Shown here: positions 31,011 to 40,244 of the stretch, piece after piece
Numbering within the stretch: the stretch's first letter is position 1
How the letters are laid out: each line of letters starts with the position of its first letter
NCBI GenBank assembly: GCA_903944345.1
Contig: CAJARJ010000018.1
Coordinates: forward strand, 45,933-109,932
Reading direction: 5' to 3'
Length of the DNA stretch: 64,000 nt
DNA from: Candidatus Omnitrophota bacterium
Lineage (GTDB): Bacteria > Omnitrophota > Gorgyraeia > Zapsychrales > Fredricksoniimonadaceae
Program-made: the position numbers and the translations under genes
The notes under the pieces: generated by a model
What the model was told of the DNA's origin: nothing
The model's input: only the letters and a program-made list of their open reading frames with translations
Databases searched by the model: none

Positions 31011-31496
31011 TTATCCGTTCTTGACGGAGTCTTTGGAATATTCCGCAATAATATCCATCACATCACTGCGCTTGACCGCGCTGTAAACCTTGTCGCCGAC
31101 GGTAATGACCGGAGCGAGGCCGCAGCAACCCAGGCAGCGGACAATCTGCAAATGGAAGAAGCCATCTTTGGTTGTCTGCCCTTCCTCGACATGCAAAATC
31201 CCGCGGATTTCATCAATAAGCGCTGGCGCTCCCTTAAGATAGCAAGCCGTCCCCAGGCACACCGAGATATTAAACTTGCCCGGGGGCTGAAGCTTGAAAT
31301 AATTATAAAAAGTAAGAACTTCGTAGATACGCGCCAGGGGCGCATCCATCTGCCGGGACACTTCCAGCGCCGCTTCACGGGGCACATAACCGTAACGGTC
31401 CTGAATGTCATGAAGAATCGTAATAAGATTCCCCCGCCTGTCCTTCCATCTGTCTACGACGGACTTGACATCTGCACTGAGCGTCTCGATGATCAT
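31011..31496 (-). CDS. hndA: NuoE-like [2Fe-2S] subunit of the hydrogenase (HndA/HydC)
   Basis: CLGTACYLKGAP...RCLGCCGLAPV NuoE 2Fe-2S motifs. Start refined to ATG 31496 (MIIETLSADV...), which has an AGGAGA RBS. The ORF track extends to 31661. Confidence 0.8.
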   Translation of the reverse strand: MIIETLSADVKSVVDRWKDRRGNLITILHDIQDRYGYVPREAALEVSRQMDAPLARIYEVLTFYNYFKLQPPGKFNISVCLGTACYLKGAPALIDEIRGILHVEEGQTTKDGFFHLQIVRCLGCCGLAPVITVGDKVYSAVKRSDVMDIIAEYSKDSVKNG

Positions 31497-31690
31497 ACAC
31501 GTCTCCTGTGTTTGTTTGAAAAGCCGGATCGGCGCGCACGGCTGTCTTGCCTGATGAGGAAACTGCCGGAAATATTTTCTGATTATAAAGATGATCGAAT
31601 GCGCTGGCAAGGGAATTGTTCTCATTCCGCTGTCACTCCGAAAGCAAGAAAAACATAACACATGCGAATGCGTTTTGATAAGATAAGATC

Positions 31691-33112
31691 ATGTTTTTCC
31701 GCATCTGCACTTTAATGCTCACCGGTCTGCTCATATACAGGATCATTCTACCTGTACCCTCCGCCGACCTTCCCCTGACGGGCGAAGCGAACACGGTCGT
31801 TTTCCAGGCCGACGGCTATGGCGGCCCGATCAGGATGCAAATGGTGCTGACCAATACAGGGAGCATCCAGCAGCTGCAAGTCCTCACCCACCAGGAAACA
31901 GCCGCTTTTGTCACACAACTGGATACTTTTCTGGCACAGTTCAGACAGAAAACCGGAATCGACGACCAGGAACCGGGCAGGGAGATTGATGTCATGACCG
32001 GGGCGACCGTCACCAGCCGCGCGATCACCCAGGCCGTTGCAGCAACCTTGCATCAACAGCCCGCCCGTAAAGACCCCCTTCCCCTTCTGCCATTGCTCCT
32101 GTCCGCAACACTCGGTCTGTCCGCACTGGCCGCATTGCTTCTTGGCAACCGGATTCTTCGCGGCCTGGTTCTACTCTCTGCTCTGTTTCTCTTCGGCCTG
32201 GCCCACCGCAGCATATTCTCCATTCTACAGATAGCCGGAATACAAACGGGACATGCACCTGCTCTTTTTGCTGCCCCCTGGTGGTGGATTTCCTTTGTCC
32301 TGGCACTCGTGCCTGCGCTGATCCTGGGGCGGCTTTACTGTTCTTCCTTATGCCCTTTTGCTGCCATTCAGGAGCTCCTGGCCAAAATCCAGAGAATACC
32401 CAGAAAACAGTTTACACCTGCTGCAGAGACCGACCGCAGAGCAAGAAAAATCAAATACCTGGTCCTGCTTGCTTTACTAACGCTGACTCTTGTTCTGGGC
32501 CATCTCTCAGTTGCCGATATCGAGCCCTACATCACATTTTTCACAGGCCGGGGCACATGGCCTGTCTGGAGCCTGCTAATTCTGGTGCTTGCGGCAGGAA
32601 CGTTCTTTTTTCGTTTCTGGTGCCGATATCTTTGTCCGGCAGGCGCTTTCATAGGTCTGGTCGCCCGTTTTGCCCGCTGGAAAATACAGTCGACTCCGGC
32701 CTGCACCGGCTGCCATGTCTGCCTTGCCGCCTGCCCGGTTAACGCGCTGGAAGCTGAAGGTTCTTTTGTCCAGGCAGAAACGGCCGAATGTATTCTGTGC
32801 GGGCATTGTCTAAAAATCTGCCCGCAGAAATGCCTACACCTCACGGCAACTCAAGCCAGACCGGCTTCAGGAACCCAAAAGCAGCGTAGGGCTGTTCCCT
32901 CCCCAGTCGCCCCTGAACAAACCTGGCTCTTGCCTGTTTTTCTGCTTCTCTCCGTGCTTCTGCTAACGCTTGGCGTGATGTACAATATTTACCAGTCCAC
33001 ATCAACAGCGGCCACAGCCGAATCCGCGACTCCGGATAAAAGCGAACACCTGAAGAAAGAATTGCTGGATATGGGATTAACCCTGCATCCAGCGAAATAC
33101 TGGAAACCATGA
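31691..33112 (+). CDS. FMN-binding domain-containing membrane polyferredoxin (NosR/NapH-like)
   Basis: N-terminal FMN_bind motif (DVMTGATVTSRAITQAV), about 6 TM helices with cytoplasmic CSSLCPF / CRYLCPAG motifs, and a C-terminal 2x4Fe-4S (CTGCHVCLAACP, CILCGHCLKICP). Confidence 0.6.
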   Translation: MFFRICTLMLTGLLIYRIILPVPSADLPLTGEANTVVFQADGYGGPIRMQMVLTNTGSIQQLQVLTHQETAAFVTQLDTFLAQFRQKTGIDDQEPGREIDVMTGATVTSRAITQAVAATLHQQPARKDPLPLLPLLLSATLGLSALAALLLGNRILRGLVLLSALFLFGLAHRSIFSILQIAGIQTGHAPALFAAPWWWISFVLALVPALILGRLYCSSLCPFAAIQELLAKIQRIPRKQFTPAAETDRRARKIKYLVLLALLTLTLVLGHLSVADIEPYITFFTGRGTWPVWSLLILVLAAGTFFFRFWCRYLCPAGAFIGLVARFARWKIQSTPACTGCHVCLAACPVNALEAEGSFVQAETAECILCGHCLKICPQKCLHLTATQARPASGTQKQRRAVPSPVAPEQTWLLPVFLLLSVLLLTLGVMYNIYQSTSTAATAESATPDKSEHLKKELLDMGLTLHPAKYWKP

Positions 33113-34080
33113 AGACAGTCGAATGCCTGCTTTGTCCACGCCACTGCCGCCTGCCCGAGGGCGGTCGAGGTGACTGCCTGGTTCGCACCAATGTCGGCGG
33201 CAAGCTCTATTCCCTGGTTTACGCAAAACCATGCTCAGTGCATGTAGATCCTGTTGAGAAAAAGCCTTTCTTCCATGTCCTGCCCGGATCCTCGGCTTTT
33301 TCGCTGGCCACTGCCGGCTGCAATCTGCACTGCCTGTTCTGCCAGAACTGGCAGATCTCGCAAAGCCAGCCGGAAAAAACACAGAACATTGACCTGCCAC
33401 CCCAGGCTGCAGTCGACAATGCCCTGCGCCATAACTGCCGCAGCATCGCTTATACCTATTCAGATCCGGTCATTTTCTATGAATACACCCTGGACACCGC
33501 GCGACTGGCCCAGAACGCCGGACTGCTGAACCTGCTGGTTACGGCAGCCTACATCGAGCAGGCACCTTTAGCCGAACTCTGCACGGTCACCCAAGCCGCG
33601 AATGTCGACCTTAAAGGAATCACCGAAGCCTTCTATAAAAAAATGTGCCGGGCCTCCCTGCGCCCCGTTCTGGATGCTCTTGTAACTATGAAGAAACTCG
33701 GAGTCTGGCTGGAAGTTACCAATCTGGTCATCCCGACGTGCAATGACAGTGACGAAGATTTGCGCACGCTGGCGCGCTGGATAAAAAATAATTGCGGGGC
33801 GGATACTCCGCTGCATTTTTCCCGATTCTGGCCCATGCATCAACTGATGCATCTGCCGCCCACTCCGGAAGAAACCCTGACCCGGGCCAGACAAATTGCC
33901 CAAAGCGAGGGGCTGCACTTTGTGTACACCGGGAACATTGCCGGACACCCCGGGGAGAACACCTTCTGCCCTGTATGCAAAAAAGAACTCGTACAGCGTA
34001 AAAGATACACCTTAGGAGAGATTCACCTTGCTTCGGGGGCCTGCGCGTTCTGCGGGCACCGCATCCCCGGCATCTGGTGA
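33109..34080 (+). CDS. AmmeMemoRadiSam-system-type radical SAM enzyme (PFL-activase-related)
   Basis: N-terminal CLLCPRHCRL Cys cluster, then ATAGCNLHCLFCQNW (CX3CX2C), with the conserved architecture of the AmrS family. No AMMECR1 or MEMO1 gene is adjacent. Confidence 0.7.
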   Translation: MKTVECLLCPRHCRLPEGGRGDCLVRTNVGGKLYSLVYAKPCSVHVDPVEKKPFFHVLPGSSAFSLATAGCNLHCLFCQNWQISQSQPEKTQNIDLPPQAAVDNALRHNCRSIAYTYSDPVIFYEYTLDTARLAQNAGLLNLLVTAAYIEQAPLAELCTVTQAANVDLKGITEAFYKKMCRASLRPVLDALVTMKKLGVWLEVTNLVIPTCNDSDEDLRTLARWIKNNCGADTPLHFSRFWPMHQLMHLPPTPEETLTRARQIAQSEGLHFVYTGNIAGHPGENTFCPVCKKELVQRKRYTLGEIHLASGACAFCGHRIPGIW

Positions 34081-34189
34081 CAGAAAGGACTCATGACACG
34101 TCGCAACTTTATAAAGACTTTACTGTTAATCAGCATTGGCTGGGTTCTTCGGCTGCGGCGACCTGCTGAAGACTTTTCGGCAGACTTGC

Positions 34190-36331
34190 TCAAGGAAGCG
34201 CTTTTTTACCGCAACACCAACGATCTTGCCGGATAAAGGCCGTCATAAGCCCCAATTGCAGTAACGCACAAAACACCAGCGTGTCCGAACTCCCCCACAA
34301 AGGAACAAGCACAACCCCTCCCAAAACAAGCCCCAAAACCGATCCAAGAACATCTGCGGCATACAATTTTCCCGGCACAGCTCTCGAAGAAACCGCGACA
34401 GCAAATTGCCCCCCGCTGACAGCCCCTGCGCAAAACGAAAGAAGAAAAAGCCCGGACAGCGAAAACCAGCCAGCTCCGCAAACCGCCAGAAACGGCAAAA
34501 CAGCCGCTCCCGTAAACGACACCGCTGAAGCCAAGGCCAACATCTTCCACGACACCAGACTTTTTCGGTTCTCCGCCAGCCAGGCACCGGCACAAACACC
34601 TGCCAGAAAAACAGCCGTTATCAACCCGAACCAGGAATAGACATACCCGAACAATGCCTGAAAGAGAATCAACACCGACGACTTGATAATCATCAGTTGA
34701 AAACCCCCGGCTGTTGCCGTTACCAAGGGAAGTCTGAACCCGGACTTCAATCCGGGAAAAAATACAAAAAGAACCAGACACCACAACAGCAGCAAACCGT
34801 GCTCGGCCATCTGCATAAAGCGGGCAAACAAAGAATTAAAATGTGTCGACCAGAAAGACAACGAAGAGGCAAAAAGTACAGGACGAAGATCCTGATTAAT
34901 TTCTCCGGGGACAGCAAGCATTCGCTCCAATCCCCCCAGACGCAGACGGTCAAAACGCTCATCCCAGTATCCAGGCTTGACCCAGGATGTTTCAAGACCA
35001 CGCTCCCGCAGCCTTCTTTCAAGTACCCGAGGATCCAGGCTAACAGTTCCAGGCGAGCGCACCCCCAGAAACAAGGTTCTAGCCCCCGGAAGGAATCTGA
35101 CTTCTGGAAAAACCGCCTTCAAAGTGGCAAACAAAGACCGCAGAACTCGACGGCATTCCTCATTGATATAGTTTTCGGCTGAAGTCATGGTCAAGGCCAA
35201 AACTCCCCCCTCAGCCAGAGCCAGAGCGGCCTCTTCAAAGAATTCCCTGGTGTAGAAACGATTCTGCAAAAGCGTTAAAGGATCACCGGCATCCACAATA
35301 ATCACATCATACAATCCCCGGACTCGCTTCAGGTAAGCCCGGCCGTCCGTACGGAAGACCCGGAGACGAGGATTTTGTAAAACTTGCCTAACCAAAGGCA
35401 TTTCACGGGCCAGCAAAGCCACAGTTTGAATATCCATCTCGGTACAGTCAACAGCCATACCTGGATGCTTTAACGCTTCCCGTTCTCTTCCCGCCGCCAG
35501 CGTCCCGCCAAGAATAAGCAGCCGTTTTGGATCGGGATGAGCAAGCAAAGCATAATGCACGATCTCTTCCGCAGAGGCCGCATCTCCTGCCGAAGCAGAA
35601 AACCGGCCATCTTCAAAGAAACTCAAACTGCCATTACGCTCCAAAAGAAGGCTGCGACCATAAACCGTGTCTTTTTCTGCAACGATTCTAAAGCCTTTCC
35701 AGGAAGCTGCTCGAATAATAAAAGCTGTTTTTTCTCCAAGGCCAGCCAGAAAAAAGAACAACATCGCACCGCCAAGCGCAATTTTAAAAACCAGGACTCC
35801 CTCGCCTTTAAAATAAATAATCAAAGCAGGAAGACAGACCAATACCACAATATCCCAGCTGCGCATAAAGGGAAAGAAAAGAAACGTCGCCCCCACTCCG
35901 GCAAGAAAAAAACCCAGCGCTTCCTGCGCATACAAAGACATGACGCGCCCTTTAGCCTCTCTGGTCAAGGCTGAGAAAATTGCACCAAAAACAATGCTGG
36001 CGGGCAATACCAAAAAGAACGCAACCAAAACACTGATCAGTGGATCCGGGATCTGTCCAGGCACAAGCCCAAGACCCAAACGCACTGCAGAGGCCGCCAG
36101 CGCTATCAGCGGCGCCAGAACAGACACCAGCCCAAAAAGCAATGAAGCGGAACTTTTTAACCAGATACTGCCGCAAGCTATCCCCGCCATCCAGCCAGCA
36201 AGGCACAGCATATACACCAACTCATTGCCGCCGAAAGCGGCCATAAGTTCCCGCAAAACAAACAGCTGCAACAGGCATGAACAAAACCCCAGACAGAAAG
36301 CTTGTATCAACATCGCAGGGATCCTCATCAA
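34190..36331 (-). CDS. Spermidine-synthase-like (PABS domain) protein fused between N- and C-terminal polytopic membrane domains
   Basis: 713 aa. Central domain has an aminopropyltransferase-like fold (RLLILGGTLAAG..., VIIVDAGDPLTLLQNRFYTREFF). The Gly-rich dcSAM motif is degenerate (no GGGDG Asp). Confidence 0.55.
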   Translation of the reverse strand: MMRIPAMLIQAFCLGFCSCLLQLFVLRELMAAFGGNELVYMLCLAGWMAGIACGSIWLKSSASLLFGLVSVLAPLIALAASAVRLGLGLVPGQIPDPLISVLVAFFLVLPASIVFGAIFSALTREAKGRVMSLYAQEALGFFLAGVGATFLFFPFMRSWDIVVLVCLPALIIYFKGEGVLVFKIALGGAMLFFFLAGLGEKTAFIIRAASWKGFRIVAEKDTVYGRSLLLERNGSLSFFEDGRFSASAGDAASAEEIVHYALLAHPDPKRLLILGGTLAAGREREALKHPGMAVDCTEMDIQTVALLAREMPLVRQVLQNPRLRVFRTDGRAYLKRVRGLYDVIIVDAGDPLTLLQNRFYTREFFEEAALALAEGGVLALTMTSAENYINEECRRVLRSLFATLKAVFPEVRFLPGARTLFLGVRSPGTVSLDPRVLERRLRERGLETSWVKPGYWDERFDRLRLGGLERMLAVPGEINQDLRPVLFASSLSFWSTHFNSLFARFMQMAEHGLLLLWCLVLFVFFPGLKSGFRLPLVTATAGGFQLMIIKSSVLILFQALFGYVYSWFGLITAVFLAGVCAGAWLAENRKSLVSWKMLALASAVSFTGAAVLPFLAVCGAGWFSLSGLFLLSFCAGAVSGGQFAVAVSSRAVPGKLYAADVLGSVLGLVLGGVVLVPLWGSSDTLVFCALLQLGLMTAFIRQDRWCCGKKALP

Positions 36332-36349
36332 TAGCGGTCAAACACATCC

Positions 36350-36389
36350 GTAAAAACAAAGAGCGCAGGCTATAAATCTGCCTGCGCTC
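36350..36389 (-). terminator. Rho-independent terminator downstream of the TM-helix protein gene
   Basis: GAGCGCAGGC-tataaatct-GCCTGCGCTC is a perfect 10-bp stem, followed on the minus strand by TTTGTTTTT. Confidence 0.55.
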
Positions 36390-36411
36390 TTTAAACAAAT
36401 CATTCTAAGGT

Positions 36412-37092
36412 TTACTTGCCAATATTCTGCTTATTATAAAAATCCCAAAGAATCTTGGCGGCCAGATCTTTACCACCCAAACCAAAAGCAAGCCCCAGCG
36501 CAAGACAAAAAGCCGCAAAAAAGATCTGAAACGTCGTGCTGACAAAAAATGTAGAAATTCTCAACTGCTCAAATGTCATGACCGTTGTAAACAACAGAAT
36601 CGCTATCTTGGCAATCGAACCCAGCAACTCGGCACGCGAAACGTCAATATTTGAAGCTGCAGCCTTGATAATACTGTAAATAAGATTGGCAAAAAACATA
36701 CCGATCAAAGCCACAAAAACCGCGGCAATAACATTCGGAATAAACCCGGTGACTCTTTCCAGAAGGTGCGCCGCGACAACCAGCCCCATCGAATCAACCA
36801 CGACAGTAAACACCAGCAGCATCATCGCCCAATACACGAGGCCAGCCAGCAAAGAAGACGCCGAGAGCATCACTCCGCCCTTGGTGAGCATTGCAGAAAA
36901 CCCGATCTTGTCGGAAAAAGAATTAAACTTGACCTGATCAAGTAGTTTCTGTGCAAAACCGCTGAAAACTTTGGCAATAATCCAACCGAAAAGAAGGATC
37001 AGAAGCGCGCCAAATAGCTGGGGAACAAAAGCCCCAAGTTTGTTGAGCATCGTTACAATCGGCTCGATAAAAAGAATATCAATCCCCGCCAT
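36412..37092 (-). CDS. Small polytopic membrane protein (conserved TM-helix repeat, MscS-N-terminal-like)
   Basis: 226 aa made of about 5 hydrophobic helices with internal repeats. No catalytic motif. Confidence 0.4.
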   Translation of the reverse strand: MAGIDILFIEPIVTMLNKLGAFVPQLFGALLILLFGWIIAKVFSGFAQKLLDQVKFNSFSDKIGFSAMLTKGGVMLSASSLLAGLVYWAMMLLVFTVVVDSMGLVVAAHLLERVTGFIPNVIAAVFVALIGMFFANLIYSIIKAAASNIDVSRAELLGSIAKIAILLFTTVMTFEQLRISTFFVSTTFQIFFAAFCLALGLAFGLGGKDLAAKILWDFYNKQNIGK

Positions 37093-37249
37093 ATTTTCTC
37101 CTTTATTTAGAATTTTTCAACGCAAGTTGATTACACTCTACATGAATTTGTAAGTTATGAAAATAATTTTTCATCTTTTTTAACTCGTTATCCTATAGAC
37201 AGATCGAGTCAAAATTATACCCGCAGAAGGCCCCGGCAGGCCGGAGCCA

Positions 37250-39079
37250 TCAATAGGGTGTCTTGAGTCGCCACCATTCGGAGAAGTCCGGAAGTAGCGG
37301 TCGAAAAATGGAGTTAACCAGCCGCGAATTTTTCCGTGCAATCAACTGGTTACCAGCAAGCAGTGCCGCCCTGACCCGGGAGGAGTTGACAATATCCGGC
37401 GTAACACCCTGACCATAAAACATATCCGGGGTACCTGCACCTTGCGCACGAGCCAGAATGAAACCGGAAGAAAGATTCTGCAAAAAATCCCGCAACATTT
37501 CCCTGGCAACGGCCTCGCCGCCTCTGATCTGCATAGAACTTGTTTGTCCGGTCAACATGTTGGTGTCGGTCCGGGTTATGATATCAACACCCGTGTAAAG
37601 TTTTCGAAACAATGCCAGCGCCCGGGGATTATCATCCTCAAGCGCGGAAAAGAATGGCCGAATATCCCCAAAACCGGCAGCAAACAAGGTGTTATAGAGA
37701 ATATCCCATGTCCGAGTATCTTTGCCTGGCTCCTCCTGCCGGGGGATCTGCTCAAGCCCGGGAACATCCATAACCAGAAAGCCTTCGGCCGAAAGCCGCG
37801 CCCGCGCCATGGCATAAAACTCACGCGAATAAAGGCGGCTAAGGTTGTAATCGCTTGGAGCCGGAAAATCCAGATAAATGGCATCAAAGAACTCGCGTGA
37901 CTGGCGTACATAATAAAAAGCATCGTCAATAACCACCTGCACCCGGGGATCCTCAAAAGCCCCTTGGGTCAAAGAGCCCGGCCCGGAAGCGGAACGGAAC
38001 AAGTCAACCACCTTCCTGTCGATCTCAACTAAAATGATCTTGCGGACGGAAGAATACTTGAGCAATTCCCGAATCAGAAGGCCGTCACCGCCCCCCAGAA
38101 CAAGAACAGACTCCGGAACACGAACCGAGATTGCCATAGGAACATGCGCAAAGAATTCATGGTAAAATTTCTCAACATCAGAAAGAAACTGAAAATCATG
38201 CCCAAGATACAAAGCTAACCCGTGCGGACGAACCTTCCTGCCAGCTTTGCCGTTACTATAAATATCCAGCAAGTCATCCGGATAACCGGCGGCCGAGCGA
38301 ATACTCACCAAATCAATAGACTGATACGGACTGCGAACCCGCTGCACTTGCGCCAGAAAGGCACTCTCATCAGGAAGGGCATAAAAGCGGCGCAAGAAAT
38401 ACTGTTCAAATCTTCCGGCGCCGGCAAGCGTCAAAAAAATCAGAATCGCTGCCAGAGCAGACCAAAGTAGCTGCCCCGCCCCCCTGACCGGTTTGACCCA
38501 CCACAAAACAACGGCAGCCATAAGATTAACGACAGCAATTAATCCGGCAATCTGCAATAACCCGAACCTAGGCAACAAAAACAGCGGGAAAATCAATCCT
38601 GCGGACAGCGAGCCCAGATAATCCATGCCCAGAACCCGAACCAGAAGATTTCTGCCAGGAACCGCCTCCACAGCCATATCCAGAAGAAGAGGCAATTCGA
38701 TCCCCGCCAAAAAACCGACGGCAGACGAAAGCACAAGCGCGCTGAAAAAAAACAGGACGTCCGCAGCAATAACCTGATCCCCGGACAAAAAGGACAAAGC
38801 GCCCGACTGGGCTGCATGCAGAAGAAGAACAGATCCTCCTCCCACCAGGCTCAAAACAATTTCCACCCGAAATAGCCTGAGTTCCAGCGGAGCGTTTTTG
38901 AAAAATCTTCCGCCTGACCAGGCCCCTGCCCCCATGCTCCCGACAAAAACCCCCACCGCCAGACTCACCCAAACCAGCTGGTTAGCCGTAAAAACCGCAA
39001 CCGTCTGGGCAAGCACCAGCTCATAAACAAGCGCACACGCCGCCAGGACAAACGACAAAAGATATATAACAAACATCAT
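37250..39079 (-). CDS. Membrane-fused spermidine-synthase-like aminopropyltransferase (N-terminal about 7-TM domain + PABS domain + C-terminal soluble domain)
   Basis: VLVLGGGDGLLIRELLKY (dcSAM-binding GGGDG), VEID, and IYLDFPAPSDYNLSRLYSREFY (the DSSDP-equivalent). Translationally coupled to speH (ATGA overlap). Confidence 0.65.
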   Translation of the reverse strand: MMFVIYLLSFVLAACALVYELVLAQTVAVFTANQLVWVSLAVGVFVGSMGAGAWSGGRFFKNAPLELRLFRVEIVLSLVGGGSVLLLHAAQSGALSFLSGDQVIAADVLFFFSALVLSSAVGFLAGIELPLLLDMAVEAVPGRNLLVRVLGMDYLGSLSAGLIFPLFLLPRFGLLQIAGLIAVVNLMAAVVLWWVKPVRGAGQLLWSALAAILIFLTLAGAGRFEQYFLRRFYALPDESAFLAQVQRVRSPYQSIDLVSIRSAAGYPDDLLDIYSNGKAGRKVRPHGLALYLGHDFQFLSDVEKFYHEFFAHVPMAISVRVPESVLVLGGGDGLLIRELLKYSSVRKIILVEIDRKVVDLFRSASGPGSLTQGAFEDPRVQVVIDDAFYYVRQSREFFDAIYLDFPAPSDYNLSRLYSREFYAMARARLSAEGFLVMDVPGLEQIPRQEEPGKDTRTWDILYNTLFAAGFGDIRPFFSALEDDNPRALALFRKLYTGVDIITRTDTNMLTGQTSSMQIRGGEAVAREMLRDFLQNLSSGFILARAQGAGTPDMFYGQGVTPDIVNSSRVRAALLAGNQLIARKNSRLVNSIFRPLLPDFSEWWRLKTPY

Positions 39080-39435
39080 TCGTCAAAGCCCCTGGACATC
39101 ACACTAACCTCTGCTTTACGGGCCAAAAGCCCCTGCTTAAGAAAATCAATCGCCCTCTCGGGAAACATGGTTCCGCAGGTCAAAACATCAAAAGCCGCAT
39201 AACCGTCCTGGGGCCATGTATGAATAGAGAAATGTGATTCAGCAATAAAAATCATCGCACTGACACCCTGCGGCTCAAACTGATGGAAATGGGATCCAAG
39301 AATAGTGGCGCCGCTGTCACGGGCGGCCTGCAGAAAAAGAGGACGCAAAACTTCAACCCTGGCCAGGGGCTCCGGATCACAACCGGTAAACTCGACAAGA
39401 TAGTGTCTGCCAAATTCATGTTTTCTGGATTTCAT
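39076..39435 (-). CDS. speH: S-adenosylmethionine decarboxylase proenzyme, class 1b (SpeH)
   Basis: 119 aa with the FIAESHFSIHTWPQDGYAAFDVLTCG self-processing site (ES/H). Confidence 0.8.
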   Translation of the reverse strand: MKSRKHEFGRHYLVEFTGCDPEPLARVEVLRPLFLQAARDSGATILGSHFHQFEPQGVSAMIFIAESHFSIHTWPQDGYAAFDVLTCGTMFPERAIDFLKQGLLARKAEVSVMSRGFDE

Positions 39436-40244
39436 AACGCCTCTTCATGAAGATATAAACGAACACAGACCTCCTGGATTCGCCCGGACCAAGCCAGCCC
39501 GGCCAACGTCAGAAGCAGCAGCAGTGCCGCGCCACGCAAATACACTCTCGCCTTAACCCCGAACTCAGGTCGCCAAACCAGAACCAGAAAAAGCGCCCCC
39601 GCCGCATTGCACGTTGCGACCGCCATCAGAGAAGGCACAAGTCCGGATAAAGGATAAAGACAGAAAACATATAACAAAGTTCCGGCAAAAGCCCCGAGAT
39701 AATCAAAAGCGATCAGCCGGTTACGATCGGACTTTAAATCACTTGCGCCCAATGCAAGAAGCAGCGGCAACTCAAACCCGGTCAGAAAACCAATCAAAAC
39801 AACAAGCATGTGCGCCCAAAACAAAAGAAATCCGGATGGAAAATTCAACGCATCCAGAAGAAAAAGACCCGGAACAGCCGAAACACCAAACAAAATCAGC
39901 AATGTTTCAACCTTAAACAGAAGCCGCCAGGGTCTTTTGACAACATAACGTTCAGCCGCAAAAGCCCCTACACCCATAAAACACATATAGAGACCGATTG
40001 TCACGCTGTAACGCAGAACGGTATTGGCAAAAAACGCGGAAAGAACCTGGGCCAGCAACAACTCGTAAGCCATACTGCATAACGCCAGAACAAACTTGAG
40101 AAAAAGCAATGGCCGGAGCCGTCCTGCGGTTAAACCTGCAGAATCGACTCCGGCCTTATATGGCGTCTGCCGGAAAATCAAGCTTTCTCCTGAATCACCC
40201 GCATCAGCTGCCGGGCCGCTTCTTCCGGACCCTTTCTCTCCCAA
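39432..40244 (-). CDS. Polytopic membrane protein paralogous to the N-terminal TM domain of the SpeE-like fusions
   Basis: YELLLAQVLSAFFANTVLRYSVTIGLYMCFMGVGAF parallels the 609-aa protein's YELVLAQTVAVFTANQLVWVSLAVGVFVGSMGAGAW. 4-nt overlap with speH. Confidence 0.5.
   Translation of the reverse strand: MGEKGSGRSGPAADAGDSGESLIFRQTPYKAGVDSAGLTAGRLRPLLFLKFVLALCSMAYELLLAQVLSAFFANTVLRYSVTIGLYMCFMGVGAFAAERYVVKRPWRLLFKVETLLILFGVSAVPGLFLLDALNFPSGFLLFWAHMLVVLIGFLTGFELPLLLALGASDLKSDRNRLIAFDYLGAFAGTLLYVFCLYPLSGLVPSLMAVATCNAAGALFLVLVWRPEFGVKARVYLRGAALLLLLTLAGLAWSGRIQEVCVRLYLHEEAL

Noticed and set aside
37130-37150. AT-rich palindrome ATGAAAATAATTTTTCAT in the promoter region of the TM-helix protein gene
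   Set aside because: Short and embedded in a generally AT-rich intergenic segment. No similarity to Fur or other boxes I can name; likely chance.
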